Assembly (NCBI GenBank): GCA_963751275.1
Contig: CAVVTZ010000007.1
Location: 864,001-928,000, forward strand
Length of the DNA stretch: 64,000 nucleotides
Reading direction: 5' to 3'
Source: an uncultured Gemmatimonadaceae bacterium
GTDB lineage: Bacteria; Gemmatimonadota; Gemmatimonadetes; Gemmatimonadales; Gemmatimonadaceae
Part shown: positions 48,540-57,535 of the stretch, piece after piece
Layout: every line of letters starts with the position of its first letter
Position numbering within the stretch: the stretch's first letter is position 1
Position numbers and translations under genes: made by a program
The notes under the pieces: generated by a model
What the model saw: the letters and a program-made list of their open reading frames with translations, nothing else
What the model was told of the DNA's origin: nothing
Databases searched by the model: none

Positions 48540-49253
48540 ATGATCGTCGTTTCCGGACTTGAGAAACGCTATCGGAACGTCCACGCGCTCCGAGGCGTCT
48601 CCTTCGAGGTGCCGCAAGGGGCGATCGTCGGACTCCTTGGACGGAACGGCGCGGGGAAGACCACCACGCTGCAATGCATTGCCGGCATCACGCGACCGGA
48701 CCAGGGAACGATCGTGATCGCCGGCCAGCGACTTGACGAGGCGCCGATCGAAGCCAGGCGCCGGCTGGCATTCATTCCCGACGAGCCGGAGTTCTTCGAC
48801 TATCTCACCGTGGACGAGCACATGGGCTTCTTCCGCCAGCTATACCCTGACGCGGAGGTGATCGACCCTGACCCGCTGTCCACCTTCGGCCTCGAGGAGA
48901 AGCGGGGGGCATTCCCCGATGAGTTGTCCCGCGGCATGAGGCAGAAGCTGGCCATGGCGTGCACGCTCTGGAGGCGGGCGGACGCCGTGCTGCTGGATGA
49001 ACCGCTCACGGGCCTCGACCCTTCCGGCATTGCGGAGGCGAAGCGTCTCGTGCGAGCGCTGGCCGCACAGGGCTCGGCGGTCCTGCTGAGCTCACATCTG
49101 CTGCATCTCGTGCGGGAACTCTGCTCGCGCATAGTCGTGATCGAACGCGGGGCGATCGTTGCCGACCAGGCGATCGCCAACGCAGCTGGCGCTGCCGGCG
49201 ACGAGCTCGAGCGGTTCTTCTCTCCGACTCTCCGCGAAGCGTCCGATTCGTGA
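48540..49253 (+). CDS. ABC transporter ATP-binding protein
   Basis: GRNGAGKTT, LSRGMRQK, LLDEPLTGLD, SSHLL. Confidence 0.93.
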   Translation: MIVVSGLEKRYRNVHALRGVSFEVPQGAIVGLLGRNGAGKTTTLQCIAGITRPDQGTIVIAGQRLDEAPIEARRRLAFIPDEPEFFDYLTVDEHMGFFRQLYPDAEVIDPDPLSTFGLEEKRGAFPDELSRGMRQKLAMACTLWRRADAVLLDEPLTGLDPSGIAEAKRLVRALAAQGSAVLLSSHLLHLVRELCSRIVVIERGAIVADQAIANAAGAAGDELERFFSPTLREASDS

Positions 49254-50911
49254 CGGTGCCTCTCCGCTTCTTCGCGCTTCGTTCCTTCCGGAATGCAGCG
49301 GCCCGCCAGATCCGCACACCGCGCGGCGCCGCAGCGGTCGTGATCGGCGCGGTGTACGCGGGCTGGATGCTCCTCGGCCAGCGTCCTCTCCTGACGATCG
49401 TCGATGCAGCGTGGGTCGGCCGCATCGGGGCTGCCGCGGCGTTCCTCGCTTCGGGCATGGCATGGTGGCAAGGATCACGGCGCATCGCGTTACGCGCACC
49501 GGAGCGCCAGTGGCTCGCGACCGCGCCGATCACCAGCGGACGGGTCCTCAGCTTTCATGCACTGGGACGCGTGCCGACGCTGCTGCTCAGCGCCGGCGTT
49601 CTCGCGGTAATCCTGAGGGCACCCACAATATTTGGCACCCTCTACCGTGGCGCGGCGATCGTCGTGGTCCTCGGGGTCGTCGAGGCGCACCAGCTGATCG
49701 CTGCCGTCGTGGCGGAACGAGTTGATCGAGGCATACGGCGCGCCGCGACCCTTCGCTGGTTCGTGCGAGTCGGTTACTGCGGGCTGGCCCTGGCCGCAAT
49801 CGCTGTCGGCGTGGCGGCGCTGTTCGCGGTGCAGGATCTGGCGGCGCGCGCTGCGTTCCGCGCGTGGGCACAGCGGGTGGCCGACAACGACGTGTGGTTC
49901 GCTTTCGGTCCCTTCACGGTGCTGGCGCGCGGCGTACTCGAGGATGGCGGCGGCGAACGCATGCGGGCGCTGGGAACGGCCATCCTGCTGCTCGCGGTCG
50001 AGCTGGCCTGGCTCGCTCGGGCGGGCATTGCGTGGCCGGAGCAGGCCGCGGAGACTCGCAGGGCCGGCAATGGGCGGCGAATGTTTCGCCGTGCGCCGCC
50101 TTCGTTGTTTCCGGGCAGGCTACTGCGGGGGTCCGAGTTCGCGTTCGCCTGGAAGAACATGCTCACGGCACCTCGAACGCAGCGGCTGGCGCCGCAGCTT
50201 GCCCTGTGCGTCGCCGTGCCGCTGTTGCTGTGGTTGACGGCGACTCCGATCTTTCACCGTTTCACAGAGTTCGCGTTCGGGCTCTCCTCCGTGTGGGGAC
50301 TGACGCTGATCGCCGCCGGACCGATGCTGATCCGCAACGATCTGCGCATGGATCTTCCACGGCTCCGGCTGCTCAAGTCACTACCGTTGCGTTCGAGGAG
50401 ACTCTTGATGGCCGAGAGTCTTCCGGCCGCCATCCTCCTATGGTGCTTCCAGCTCGTACTCGTTTCGCTGGCGTGGGTCGCGCTCGCGCCGAACCCAGTC
50501 ATGGCCGGGGTTGGCGCCCTTGGCTGGCCGATCGTGATCGCCACGATCATTGCGCTGGCAGGGGTCAATCTCGCAGTGGTGCTCTGTCACACGCTCGTGG
50601 CGCTGTGGCTCCCTTCGCTCTCCCTGCTCGGTGTGGCACGTTCCTCGAGGATCCGGGGAGGTGGGCAGTACTACCTGTTGCTCACGGCTGCCCTGGTGCA
50701 GTTCGCGATCATCATGCTCCTGCCCGCCCTGGTGGGGCTCATCGCGTTCGGCGCCACGCAGGCATCGTGGGGCAGGGCGCCGGCGGCCATTCTCGCGGGA
50801 GCCGCGATAGGCATGGTGGCACTGGCCGAAGCCATGGTGTTGGTCGCACTGGGAGGGCGTGCGTTCGAGAGATTGAATGTGTCGGAAGTACCTCGCTCGG
50901 CGACCGGATGA
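49250..50911 (+). CDS. Putative ABC exporter permease
   Basis: 553 aa polytopic protein, coupled to the ATPase (GTGA); AWKN and RNDLRMDL..L.LLKSLP motifs. Confidence 0.8.
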   Translation: MTVPLRFFALRSFRNAAARQIRTPRGAAAVVIGAVYAGWMLLGQRPLLTIVDAAWVGRIGAAAAFLASGMAWWQGSRRIALRAPERQWLATAPITSGRVLSFHALGRVPTLLLSAGVLAVILRAPTIFGTLYRGAAIVVVLGVVEAHQLIAAVVAERVDRGIRRAATLRWFVRVGYCGLALAAIAVGVAALFAVQDLAARAAFRAWAQRVADNDVWFAFGPFTVLARGVLEDGGGERMRALGTAILLLAVELAWLARAGIAWPEQAAETRRAGNGRRMFRRAPPSLFPGRLLRGSEFAFAWKNMLTAPRTQRLAPQLALCVAVPLLLWLTATPIFHRFTEFAFGLSSVWGLTLIAAGPMLIRNDLRMDLPRLRLLKSLPLRSRRLLMAESLPAAILLWCFQLVLVSLAWVALAPNPVMAGVGALGWPIVIATIIALAGVNLAVVLCHTLVALWLPSLSLLGVARSSRIRGGGQYYLLLTAALVQFAIIMLLPALVGLIAFGATQASWGRAPAAILAGAAIGMVALAEAMVLVALGGRAFERLNVSEVPRSATG

Positions 50912-51050
50912 CCTCGGGGGCAAGGCTCGTGAAGCAACGCCCGTACCAGACTAATCACCTTCATTCCGTCAGAGACACGGAGTTCGTCACGGCGAAGCAG
51001 GGTGTTAAGTCGCGGCCCGGGCGCGCGTGAGACGGAGCGCGCGACTCTTC

Positions 51051-51293
51051 GCGGTGTAAGTTGTGGCGTAAGTTCGACCCAGCTTCCTGCTGTTTCTATG
51101 GGTCGAAATCCGGGCAGATCGCGCAATCCGCTCTATGAAACACGGCATAGTCCCGGAACTCGGCCTACTATAGAAAGGCCTGATAAGCGTGAGGTCCGAG
51201 GTGGAGCTTCGCTCTCCTGCGGATCAACTCCTCGCGGGCCCATATCGATCAAGATCACGCCCCGCTTGAGGCAGCCTGCACAAGCGGGGCGTT
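51051..51293 (+). repeat. Junction unit D
   Basis: gcggtgtaagtt/gtggcgtaagtt; tRNA fragment 51178-51242 with the same insertion at 51203-51223; hairpin. Confidence 0.92.
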
Positions 51294-51472
51294 GTCGAAT
51301 CCACGCGACGTGAACCTCGCCGAGCACGCGCGCAGCGCCAGGCTTACCCCTACATAACGCCAGCGAATGCGACCACAGTCGCGTGACCTGACGTGCGCTA
51401 TCCTGAGTGCATGATTCGCATCACGTCCGCCGACTGCACCGGCGCCACCGCCGCCGATTCGCGGAGATCGGC

Positions 51473-52537
51473 GTGAGCACCGGCGCCGTTGCGCTCGGCC
51501 CGGCCCCGACGGCTGTACCGTCGTTACCGAAGTGGCTCGCCGGCGTGTCCGGCGCCATCGCGCTCTGGGTCGTCGTGTATTGGCAATTGGAACCGCTCTC
51601 GCACTGGATCACCCTGCAGCTCGGCCTCGAACGCGGCACCCACCTCGAGGAGGCGGTGCGATTCTTCGCCTTTGATGCGCCGAAGGTGTTGATGCTGCTG
51701 ACCCTCGTCGTGTTCGCGATGGGGGTCGTGCGCACGTACTTTTCGCCCGAGCGGACCCGGGCGCTGTTGGCCGGGAAGGCCGAGGGCGTCGGCAACATCG
51801 CGGCGGCCGGACTCGGCATCTTCACCCCGTTCTGCTCCTGCTCCGCGGTGCCGCTCTTCGTGGGATTCGTTTCCGCCGGGATCCCGCTCGGAGTCACCTT
51901 CTCCTTCCTGATCGCGGCGCCGATGATCAACGAGGTGGCGCTCGGTCTCCTCTTCGCCCTGCTCGGCTGGCAGACCGCGCTCACCTACCTCTTCTTCGGC
52001 CTCGCGGTCGCCATCGTCGCCGGCTGGGTCATCGGCCGTCTGCACCTGGAAGGCTGGCTCGAGGAGTGGGTGCGTGGCGTTCGCGCCGTGGATGCCGCGG
52101 TGCCGACGGAACAGTTCACCTTCGTCGGCCGACTGAAGGCAGGCCTCTCCTCCATTCGCGAGATCGTCGAAAAGGTCTGGATGTGGATCATCGGCGGGAT
52201 CGCGGTCGGGGCCTTCATCCACGGCTATGTGCCCGCTGAACTCCTGGCGACGATCATGGGCAAGGGATCATGGTGGTCGGTGCCGGCGGCCGTGCTCGTC
52301 GGCATCCCAATGTATTCCAACGCCGCGGGCATCATCCCGATCGTCGAAGCGCTCCTCGGCAAGGGCGCAGCGCTGGGGACGGTGCTCGCCTTCATGATGT
52401 CGGTGATCGCGCTGTCGCTCCCCGAGATGATCATCCTGCGCAAGGTGCTGAGCGGCAAGCTGATCGCGGTCTTCATCGCGGTGGTCGCCGCCGGCATTCT
52501 GGCGGTGGGATTCCTGTTCAACTTCCTGTTCACTTAG
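51473..52537 (+). CDS. DUF318/ArsP-family permease
   Basis: TPFCSCSAVP, FLIAAPMINEV, GIPMYSN, MSVIALSLPE motifs; GGAG RBS before GTG. Confidence 0.88.
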   Translation: MSTGAVALGPAPTAVPSLPKWLAGVSGAIALWVVVYWQLEPLSHWITLQLGLERGTHLEEAVRFFAFDAPKVLMLLTLVVFAMGVVRTYFSPERTRALLAGKAEGVGNIAAAGLGIFTPFCSCSAVPLFVGFVSAGIPLGVTFSFLIAAPMINEVALGLLFALLGWQTALTYLFFGLAVAIVAGWVIGRLHLEGWLEEWVRGVRAVDAAVPTEQFTFVGRLKAGLSSIREIVEKVWMWIIGGIAVGAFIHGYVPAELLATIMGKGSWWSVPAAVLVGIPMYSNAAGIIPIVEALLGKGAALGTVLAFMMSVIALSLPEMIILRKVLSGKLIAVFIAVVAAGILAVGFLFNFLFT

Positions 52538-52553
52538 CGCGAGGCAACGGATC

Positions 52554-52793
52554 ATGAAGGACTTCAAGATCCTTGGACCCGGATGTTCCAATTGCAAGAC
52601 CACGACGGCCCTCATCGAGACCGTCGCCCGGGAGAAAGGTGTGGAGATCCGTCTCACCAAAGTGGTGGAGATGGAGGACATCATGTCCTATGGCATCATG
52701 TCCACTCCGGGCGTGGTGCTGGACGAGCGCGTCGTTCACGCGGGCGGTGTACCGAGCCGAGCCAAGATCGAGGGTTGGTTCGCCGGAGCGTGA
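52554..52793 (+). CDS. Small redox-active disulfide (thioredoxin-like) protein
   Basis: KILGPGCSNC and YGIMSTPGVVLD; a usual partner of ArsP-like permeases. Confidence 0.88.
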   Translation: MKDFKILGPGCSNCKTTTALIETVAREKGVEIRLTKVVEMEDIMSYGIMSTPGVVLDERVVHAGGVPSRAKIEGWFAGA

Positions 52794-52803
52794 GGTCCGA
52801 GGT
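52787..52803 (+). repeat. 17-bp tRNA-Ile fragment
   Basis: agcgtgaggtccgaggt exactly matches tRNA positions 36475-36491. Confidence 0.7.
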
Positions 52804-53128
52804 CGCCCCCCGACCCCGGAACCCATCACCGATCGTCCCGGAACGGGGGCACCCTCAAGTGCGGAATCGCATGCTCACACCTCCGCATCGATATCCGATA
52901 GGCTCTTGCAGGGTACTACGAAATCGAAGGCGAAAGAAACTGTACGGCGGCGATCAAGTACTCGCACGCCCATTCAAGTGCAGGTGATGCCGCGCCTCGA
53001 CCACACGGTCCCGGCGGGGCGCTCGTTCGAAGCGCCTTCGCCCTTGGCCACGGCACTCCGCATCGGCTAGCTTCCAAGCCGCTGTTCACCTGCCGAATCA
53101 TCACTCGCGAACGTCGGAGCAAGAATCC

Positions 53129-54607
53129 ATGAGCGTCACCCTGCGCCGGATCTCCTCGTTGGTCATCATGAGTGCCGCCTCGATGACTCTCATCGCGGGC
53201 TGCAGCAAGAAGGACGACGCGATCTCCCAGGCCGCGAAGAACGACGCAGCCAAGGGCGTGTCCGCGCCGGGCATCGAGCAGACCAAGGCGATCGCCGAGG
53301 AAGGGTTCGTCTACGGACTGCCGCTCGTCATGAACTACGCGGTGATGTACGAGTTCGCGGTGGACAGCACCTCGAGCCAGTTCAAGGCGCCCTTCAACCA
53401 GATCAACAACCAGCACCGCGTGGCGACCTACCTCGACTCGGCGGTCATCACGCCGAACAGCGACACGCCGTATTCCATGTTGTGGCTGGATCTGCGCGCG
53501 GAGCCGATGGTGATCACGGTGCCGGCGGTGCCGAAGCCGCGCTACTACTCGGTGCAGTTGATCGACGGGAACACCTACAATGACGGCTACATCGGCAGCC
53601 GCACCACCGGCACCGAGGCCGGGAGTTATCTCGTCGCCGGTCCCGGCTGGACGGGCAAGACTCCCGCCGGCATCAAGAAGGTGTTCACGTCGACGACTCC
53701 CTTCATGCTCACGCTCTTCCGCACGCAGCTGTTCGACCCGGCCGACATGCCGAACGTCGAGAAGGTGCAGGCCGGCTATAGCGCGCAGCCGCTGTCGGCG
53801 TTCCTCAAGCAGCCCGCGCCGCCCGCGGCGCCCAAGATCGATTTCCTCCCGGCCACCACGGCCGGGATCAAAGCGAATTTCTACGAGTACCTCTCGTTCG
53901 CGCTGCAGTTCGTTCCGCCCACCGCGCAGGACAGCGGGATCCGCGCGCGGCTCGCGAGCATCGGCGTCGGGCCGGGCAAGACGTTCGAGTTCAAGGACCT
54001 GTCGGTCGAGCACAAAGCCGCGGTGCTGCTCGGCATGAAGGCGGGCGACGACCAGGTGGACAAGTTCCTCGCCAGCGGGAACAAGAACATCAACGGCTGG
54101 AACGTCGGCGCGTTCTTCGGAGACAGCGCGTTCTTCAAGGGCCGCTGGCTCATGCGGGCCGCGGCGGCCAAGGGCGGACTCTACGGGAATGACGCCGAGG
54201 AGGCGATGTATCCGTACACGCGCACGGATGGGAAGGGTGAAACGTTGGACGGCAGCAAGCACAACTACACGATCACGTTCGCGAAAGGGCAGCTCCCGCC
54301 GGTGAACGCGTTCTGGTCGGTGACGATGTACGATGGCAAGAGCCAGCTGCTGATCAAGAACCCGCTCGACCGGTATCTGATCAACTCGCCGATGCTGTCC
54401 GCCATGAAGAAGGGCGCCGACGGCTCGGTCACGCTCTACATCCAGAAGGATTCGCCGGGCAAGTCACTCGAGTCCAACTGGCTGCCCGCGCCGAACGACG
54501 TGATCTACATGGTCCTTCGCCTCTACTGGCCGAAGACCACGGCGCCGTCCATCCTGCCGCCCGGCGACGGAACGTGGAAGCCGCCGGCCATCACAGTGTC
54601 GAAATAG
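53129..54607 (+). CDS. DUF1254/DUF1214 lipoprotein
   Basis: Lipobox IAGC; YGLPLV, TPNSDTPYS, LPPVNAFWSVTMYD, NWLPAP, LRLYWP. Confidence 0.9.
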   Translation: MSVTLRRISSLVIMSAASMTLIAGCSKKDDAISQAAKNDAAKGVSAPGIEQTKAIAEEGFVYGLPLVMNYAVMYEFAVDSTSSQFKAPFNQINNQHRVATYLDSAVITPNSDTPYSMLWLDLRAEPMVITVPAVPKPRYYSVQLIDGNTYNDGYIGSRTTGTEAGSYLVAGPGWTGKTPAGIKKVFTSTTPFMLTLFRTQLFDPADMPNVEKVQAGYSAQPLSAFLKQPAPPAAPKIDFLPATTAGIKANFYEYLSFALQFVPPTAQDSGIRARLASIGVGPGKTFEFKDLSVEHKAAVLLGMKAGDDQVDKFLASGNKNINGWNVGAFFGDSAFFKGRWLMRAAAAKGGLYGNDAEEAMYPYTRTDGKGETLDGSKHNYTITFAKGQLPPVNAFWSVTMYDGKSQLLIKNPLDRYLINSPMLSAMKKGADGSVTLYIQKDSPGKSLESNWLPAPNDVIYMVLRLYWPKTTAPSILPPGDGTWKPPAITVSK

Positions 54608-54692
54608 CGAGGCCCGATCATGCGCAAACTCATTGCACTCGCCGCGCTGGGTGTTTCGCTCGCCCGCGCGTCTCGCCGCGGATGTGATGCGC

Positions 54693-57386
54693 TCACGGCT
54701 TGGCCTTCGCCTTCAGCGCCTGGGTCCAGTTCTCGGTGACGATCAGCTCCACTCCCTCCGCCGCGCCGCCCGTCTCGCGCAGCATCAGGAAGCGGCGGTC
54801 ATCCGGCGCCACTGAGTACATCGTCCGGGAACCCGATGCCACGTAGGGCGCCGCATTGAATAGCGCGCGTTGCTGAGCGGCGCTGAACACCGGGCTCGTC
54901 ACGACCGCTGCGGCGACGAACATTCCCTTCCCATTCCTGAAATACAGCTCTCCACCGCTGTGCGACCAGGCGGGCTCGCTCCCGCCGGCAACCGAGACCT
55001 GCCAGCGCGCCTTCGCGGCGTCGGGGAAGGGGCGCACATACACCTCTTTCGCGCCGGTCTCGTTCGAGACGTAGGCGAGCCACCTGCCGTCGGGGGAGAC
55101 CGCCGGCGAGGTCTCCCGCGCCGGACTCGCGACGAGCGGCGCGAGCGCGCTATCCCCCTCCTTCACGCCGAAGATATCTCCATTCCCCGGTTCAAGGGTC
55201 TGCCGCCGCGCGACGTACCATTTCCCGGCCGGTGATTCCTCAATCTCGGAAAAGGTCCAGGACGACGGGAAGAGCGGTCGCGCCGCACTCGCGCCATCGG
55301 CGCTCTTCGACATGGGGACGCCGCCCAAGTTGCCGCGATCCGACACGTACAGCACCGCGCGGCCATCCGCGGACCAACTCGGATGCAGGCTCGAAGTGTC
55401 GCCGAGCGTGAGACGGGAGAACGGTCCGCCAGGGATCCGCTTCACCCAAATGTCGGTGTGCGGTGGCTGCTCGAGCTCCACGGCGATCGCCTTGCCGTCG
55501 GGAGACAGCGCCGCGCCGATGACGTTTCCCTCCGCGCGCCACGTGGAGTCCACCGGTGTGCTCTTGCCCTCGCGGCTCACCCAGTCGATCTCCCGCCCGA
55601 CGGGCTTGGCCAGCCGCTGGAAGACGAGGGTGCCCGAATTGGAGAGCGCGATGCCCGACGAATAGATGGCCGTCTCCAGTCCGTCGTAGAGCACGACCGG
55701 CGCACCGGTGAGCGCGAGCGAGCGTTCGCTGAAGGGGACGGCGAGGAGCTTCCCGTCCGCGGTGACGACGAGGAGGTGGCCGCTCGGGGAGTAGCGCGCG
55801 TAAATGCCGCGGATCAGTTGACGCGGCTCACCAGCGGGGCGGGGGATCACCACGATCTGCTCATCGCCCGGTCCGCCCCCCTGGTAGCGGATGCGGACGA
55901 TCACGCCGCGGCCCCCCGGCAACAGACTCGCGAATTCCACGCCGACCTCACGGCGCGCACTCGAGATCATGTAGAAGCGGTCGATCTTCCCGCCGCCGCT
56001 GGGGATGCGCGCGAGGCCCGAGTCGGTCTCGAAGTAGATGAAGCCGTCGGTACCCCAGGAGGCGGCCGTGGTCGCGGCACTGTCGGTGAGGATGCGCGGC
56101 GCGGTCCCGTCCAGCGGCACCACTCGGATGCTCCGCCCCTCCTTCACGTACGCGAGCTGCTTTCCGTCGGGCGAGAAGAAGGGCTCCGCCATCCCCTCGG
56201 TGCCGGGGATCGGTTCGGGGCGTGCCCTGTCCCGCTCCTTCACGAAGAGACGGATCGTGCCCTCTCCCTTGCCCACATAGACGATGCGCCCGCCATGCGG
56301 GGAGATCGCGAGGAGCGACAGGAGCAGGTTCGGTCCTCCGGGCTGGAACGCCGCCTCAGCGGGGAGGGCGAGACTGTACTGCGTGAGCGGCGGCGGCGCA
56401 CCGCCGCGCAGCCATCCCCACGCCGCCGCCACGGCGAAGATGATCGTCGCCGCGCCGAGGATCGCGGCGAGCCGGCCGCCGCGCAGGCGTGCGGCCGGCG
56501 TGAAGGAGGGGATCGCCATCGTCGCACCCGCGGGATCGACCGCCGGTGCGCCGATGGCGCGAATGAACGTGTCGGCGCTGTTGAAGCGATCCGCGGGCAG
56601 CTTGGCGAGCGCGCGATGCACCGCCGCGGCGATCTGCGGGGGCACCGTGGGCCGCCGCGATGAGAGCGGCTCGGGCGCTCGCGTCACCACGGCGGCGATC
56701 ACGGCTTGCATCGTCGCGCCGGTGTGCGGCGGCGAGCCGGCGATCATTTCATAGACGAGCGTGCCCAGCGAGTAGACATCCGAGCGCGCGTCGAGTTTCC
56801 GCTCGCCCGTCGCCTGTTCCGGGCTCATGTAGTCCGGCGTGCCGACGGACATGCCCGTCCCGGTCATCCGGCCCCGGTCGGCTGAACTCACCGCCAGCGC
56901 GATCCCGAAGTCCGCCACCAGCGCCTGGCCGTCGTGCAGCAGGATGTTCTCAGGCTTGATGTCGCGGTGGATCACGCCGTGCCGGTGCGCGTAATCGAGG
57001 GCGGAACCGACCTCCGTCGCGATGCGCACGACGTCTTCGATCGGGAGCTGCGTCTCGCGCTGGAGGCGCGTGCGCAGGCTCTCCCCTTCGACGAGCGGCA
57101 TCACATAGTAGAGGAACGAATCCACCTGCCCTGAATCGAAGAGCGGGAGAATGTGCGGGTGCTGCAGCGCGGCGGTGGTCTTGATCTCGGCGAGGAATCG
57201 TTCGGCGCCGATCACGGCCGCGAGCTCAGGCCGCAACACCTTGAGCGCGACCTTCCGGTCGTGGCGAAGGTCATGGGCCACGTACACGGTCGCCATCCCT
57301 CCCTCGCCGAGCACGCCCTCGATGCGGTAGCGGTCGGCGATCGCCGCGGCGAGGCGCGCGGGCGGCGTTTCAGGCGAGTCGGTCAC
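54693..57386 (-). CDS. Hanks-type Ser/Thr kinase with TM helix and TolB/PD40 beta-propeller
   Basis: LGEGGMATVY, VALK, HRDIKPEN, DFG, GTPDYMSPE; repeated SPDG motifs. Confidence 0.93.
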   Translation of the reverse strand: MTDSPETPPARLAAAIADRYRIEGVLGEGGMATVYVAHDLRHDRKVALKVLRPELAAVIGAERFLAEIKTTAALQHPHILPLFDSGQVDSFLYYVMPLVEGESLRTRLQRETQLPIEDVVRIATEVGSALDYAHRHGVIHRDIKPENILLHDGQALVADFGIALAVSSADRGRMTGTGMSVGTPDYMSPEQATGERKLDARSDVYSLGTLVYEMIAGSPPHTGATMQAVIAAVVTRAPEPLSSRRPTVPPQIAAAVHRALAKLPADRFNSADTFIRAIGAPAVDPAGATMAIPSFTPAARLRGGRLAAILGAATIIFAVAAAWGWLRGGAPPPLTQYSLALPAEAAFQPGGPNLLLSLLAISPHGGRIVYVGKGEGTIRLFVKERDRARPEPIPGTEGMAEPFFSPDGKQLAYVKEGRSIRVVPLDGTAPRILTDSAATTAASWGTDGFIYFETDSGLARIPSGGGKIDRFYMISSARREVGVEFASLLPGGRGVIVRIRYQGGGPGDEQIVVIPRPAGEPRQLIRGIYARYSPSGHLLVVTADGKLLAVPFSERSLALTGAPVVLYDGLETAIYSSGIALSNSGTLVFQRLAKPVGREIDWVSREGKSTPVDSTWRAEGNVIGAALSPDGKAIAVELEQPPHTDIWVKRIPGGPFSRLTLGDTSSLHPSWSADGRAVLYVSDRGNLGGVPMSKSADGASAARPLFPSSWTFSEIEESPAGKWYVARRQTLEPGNGDIFGVKEGDSALAPLVASPARETSPAVSPDGRWLAYVSNETGAKEVYVRPFPDAAKARWQVSVAGGSEPAWSHSGGELYFRNGKGMFVAAAVVTSPVFSAAQQRALFNAAPYVASGSRTMYSVAPDDRRFLMLRETGGAAEGVELIVTENWTQALKAKAKP

Positions 57387-57424
57387 GCGGGCAAGTTGCA
57401 GGTGATGTACGGGAGTAGCAAGCG

Positions 57425-57513
57425 CCCTGACGCCCGAGGTGGAGCTCCGCGCTGGTACGGTTCAACTCAAAGGCCACGCCCCGCCCGAGCTTCGCGCTCG
57501 GGCGGGGCGTTGC
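57425..57513 (+). repeat. Degenerate distal junction unit
   Basis: ccgaggt-[ggagctccgcgctggtacggt]-tcaactc followed by cacgccccgcccgagc-ttcgc-gctcgggcggggcg. Confidence 0.75.
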
Positions 57514-57535
57514 GTTCGTGTGGCTCCGGCGCCGC

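Larger units (their letters stand above)
36511..57513. mobile_element. tRNA-Ile-anchored tandem accessory array (genomic islets) without visible integrase
   Basis: Repeated tRNA-Ile 3' fragments at 43554, 45760, 47134, 51180, 52787 and ~57434 separate unrelated cargo genes. Confidence 0.75.

Noticed and set aside
43425..51293. Additional functional tRNA-Ile genes, or CRISPR-like repeats
   Set aside because: Copies lack the 5' half and D-arm, three have a T-loop insertion, and spacing is kilobases of genes.
45576..51313. Repeated small ORFs 45576-45965, 47022-47294, 51002-51313 (PDKREVRGGASLSCGSTPR) as a peptide family
   Set aside because: They are translations of the non-coding junction repeat; starts and stops are not conserved.
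36511..57513. Integrase, transposase or prophage genes in the island
   Set aside because: No tyrosine/serine recombinase, DDE or phage structural motifs recognised in any listed frame; short ORFs before the arms (e.g. 43595-43795) show no catalytic motifs.
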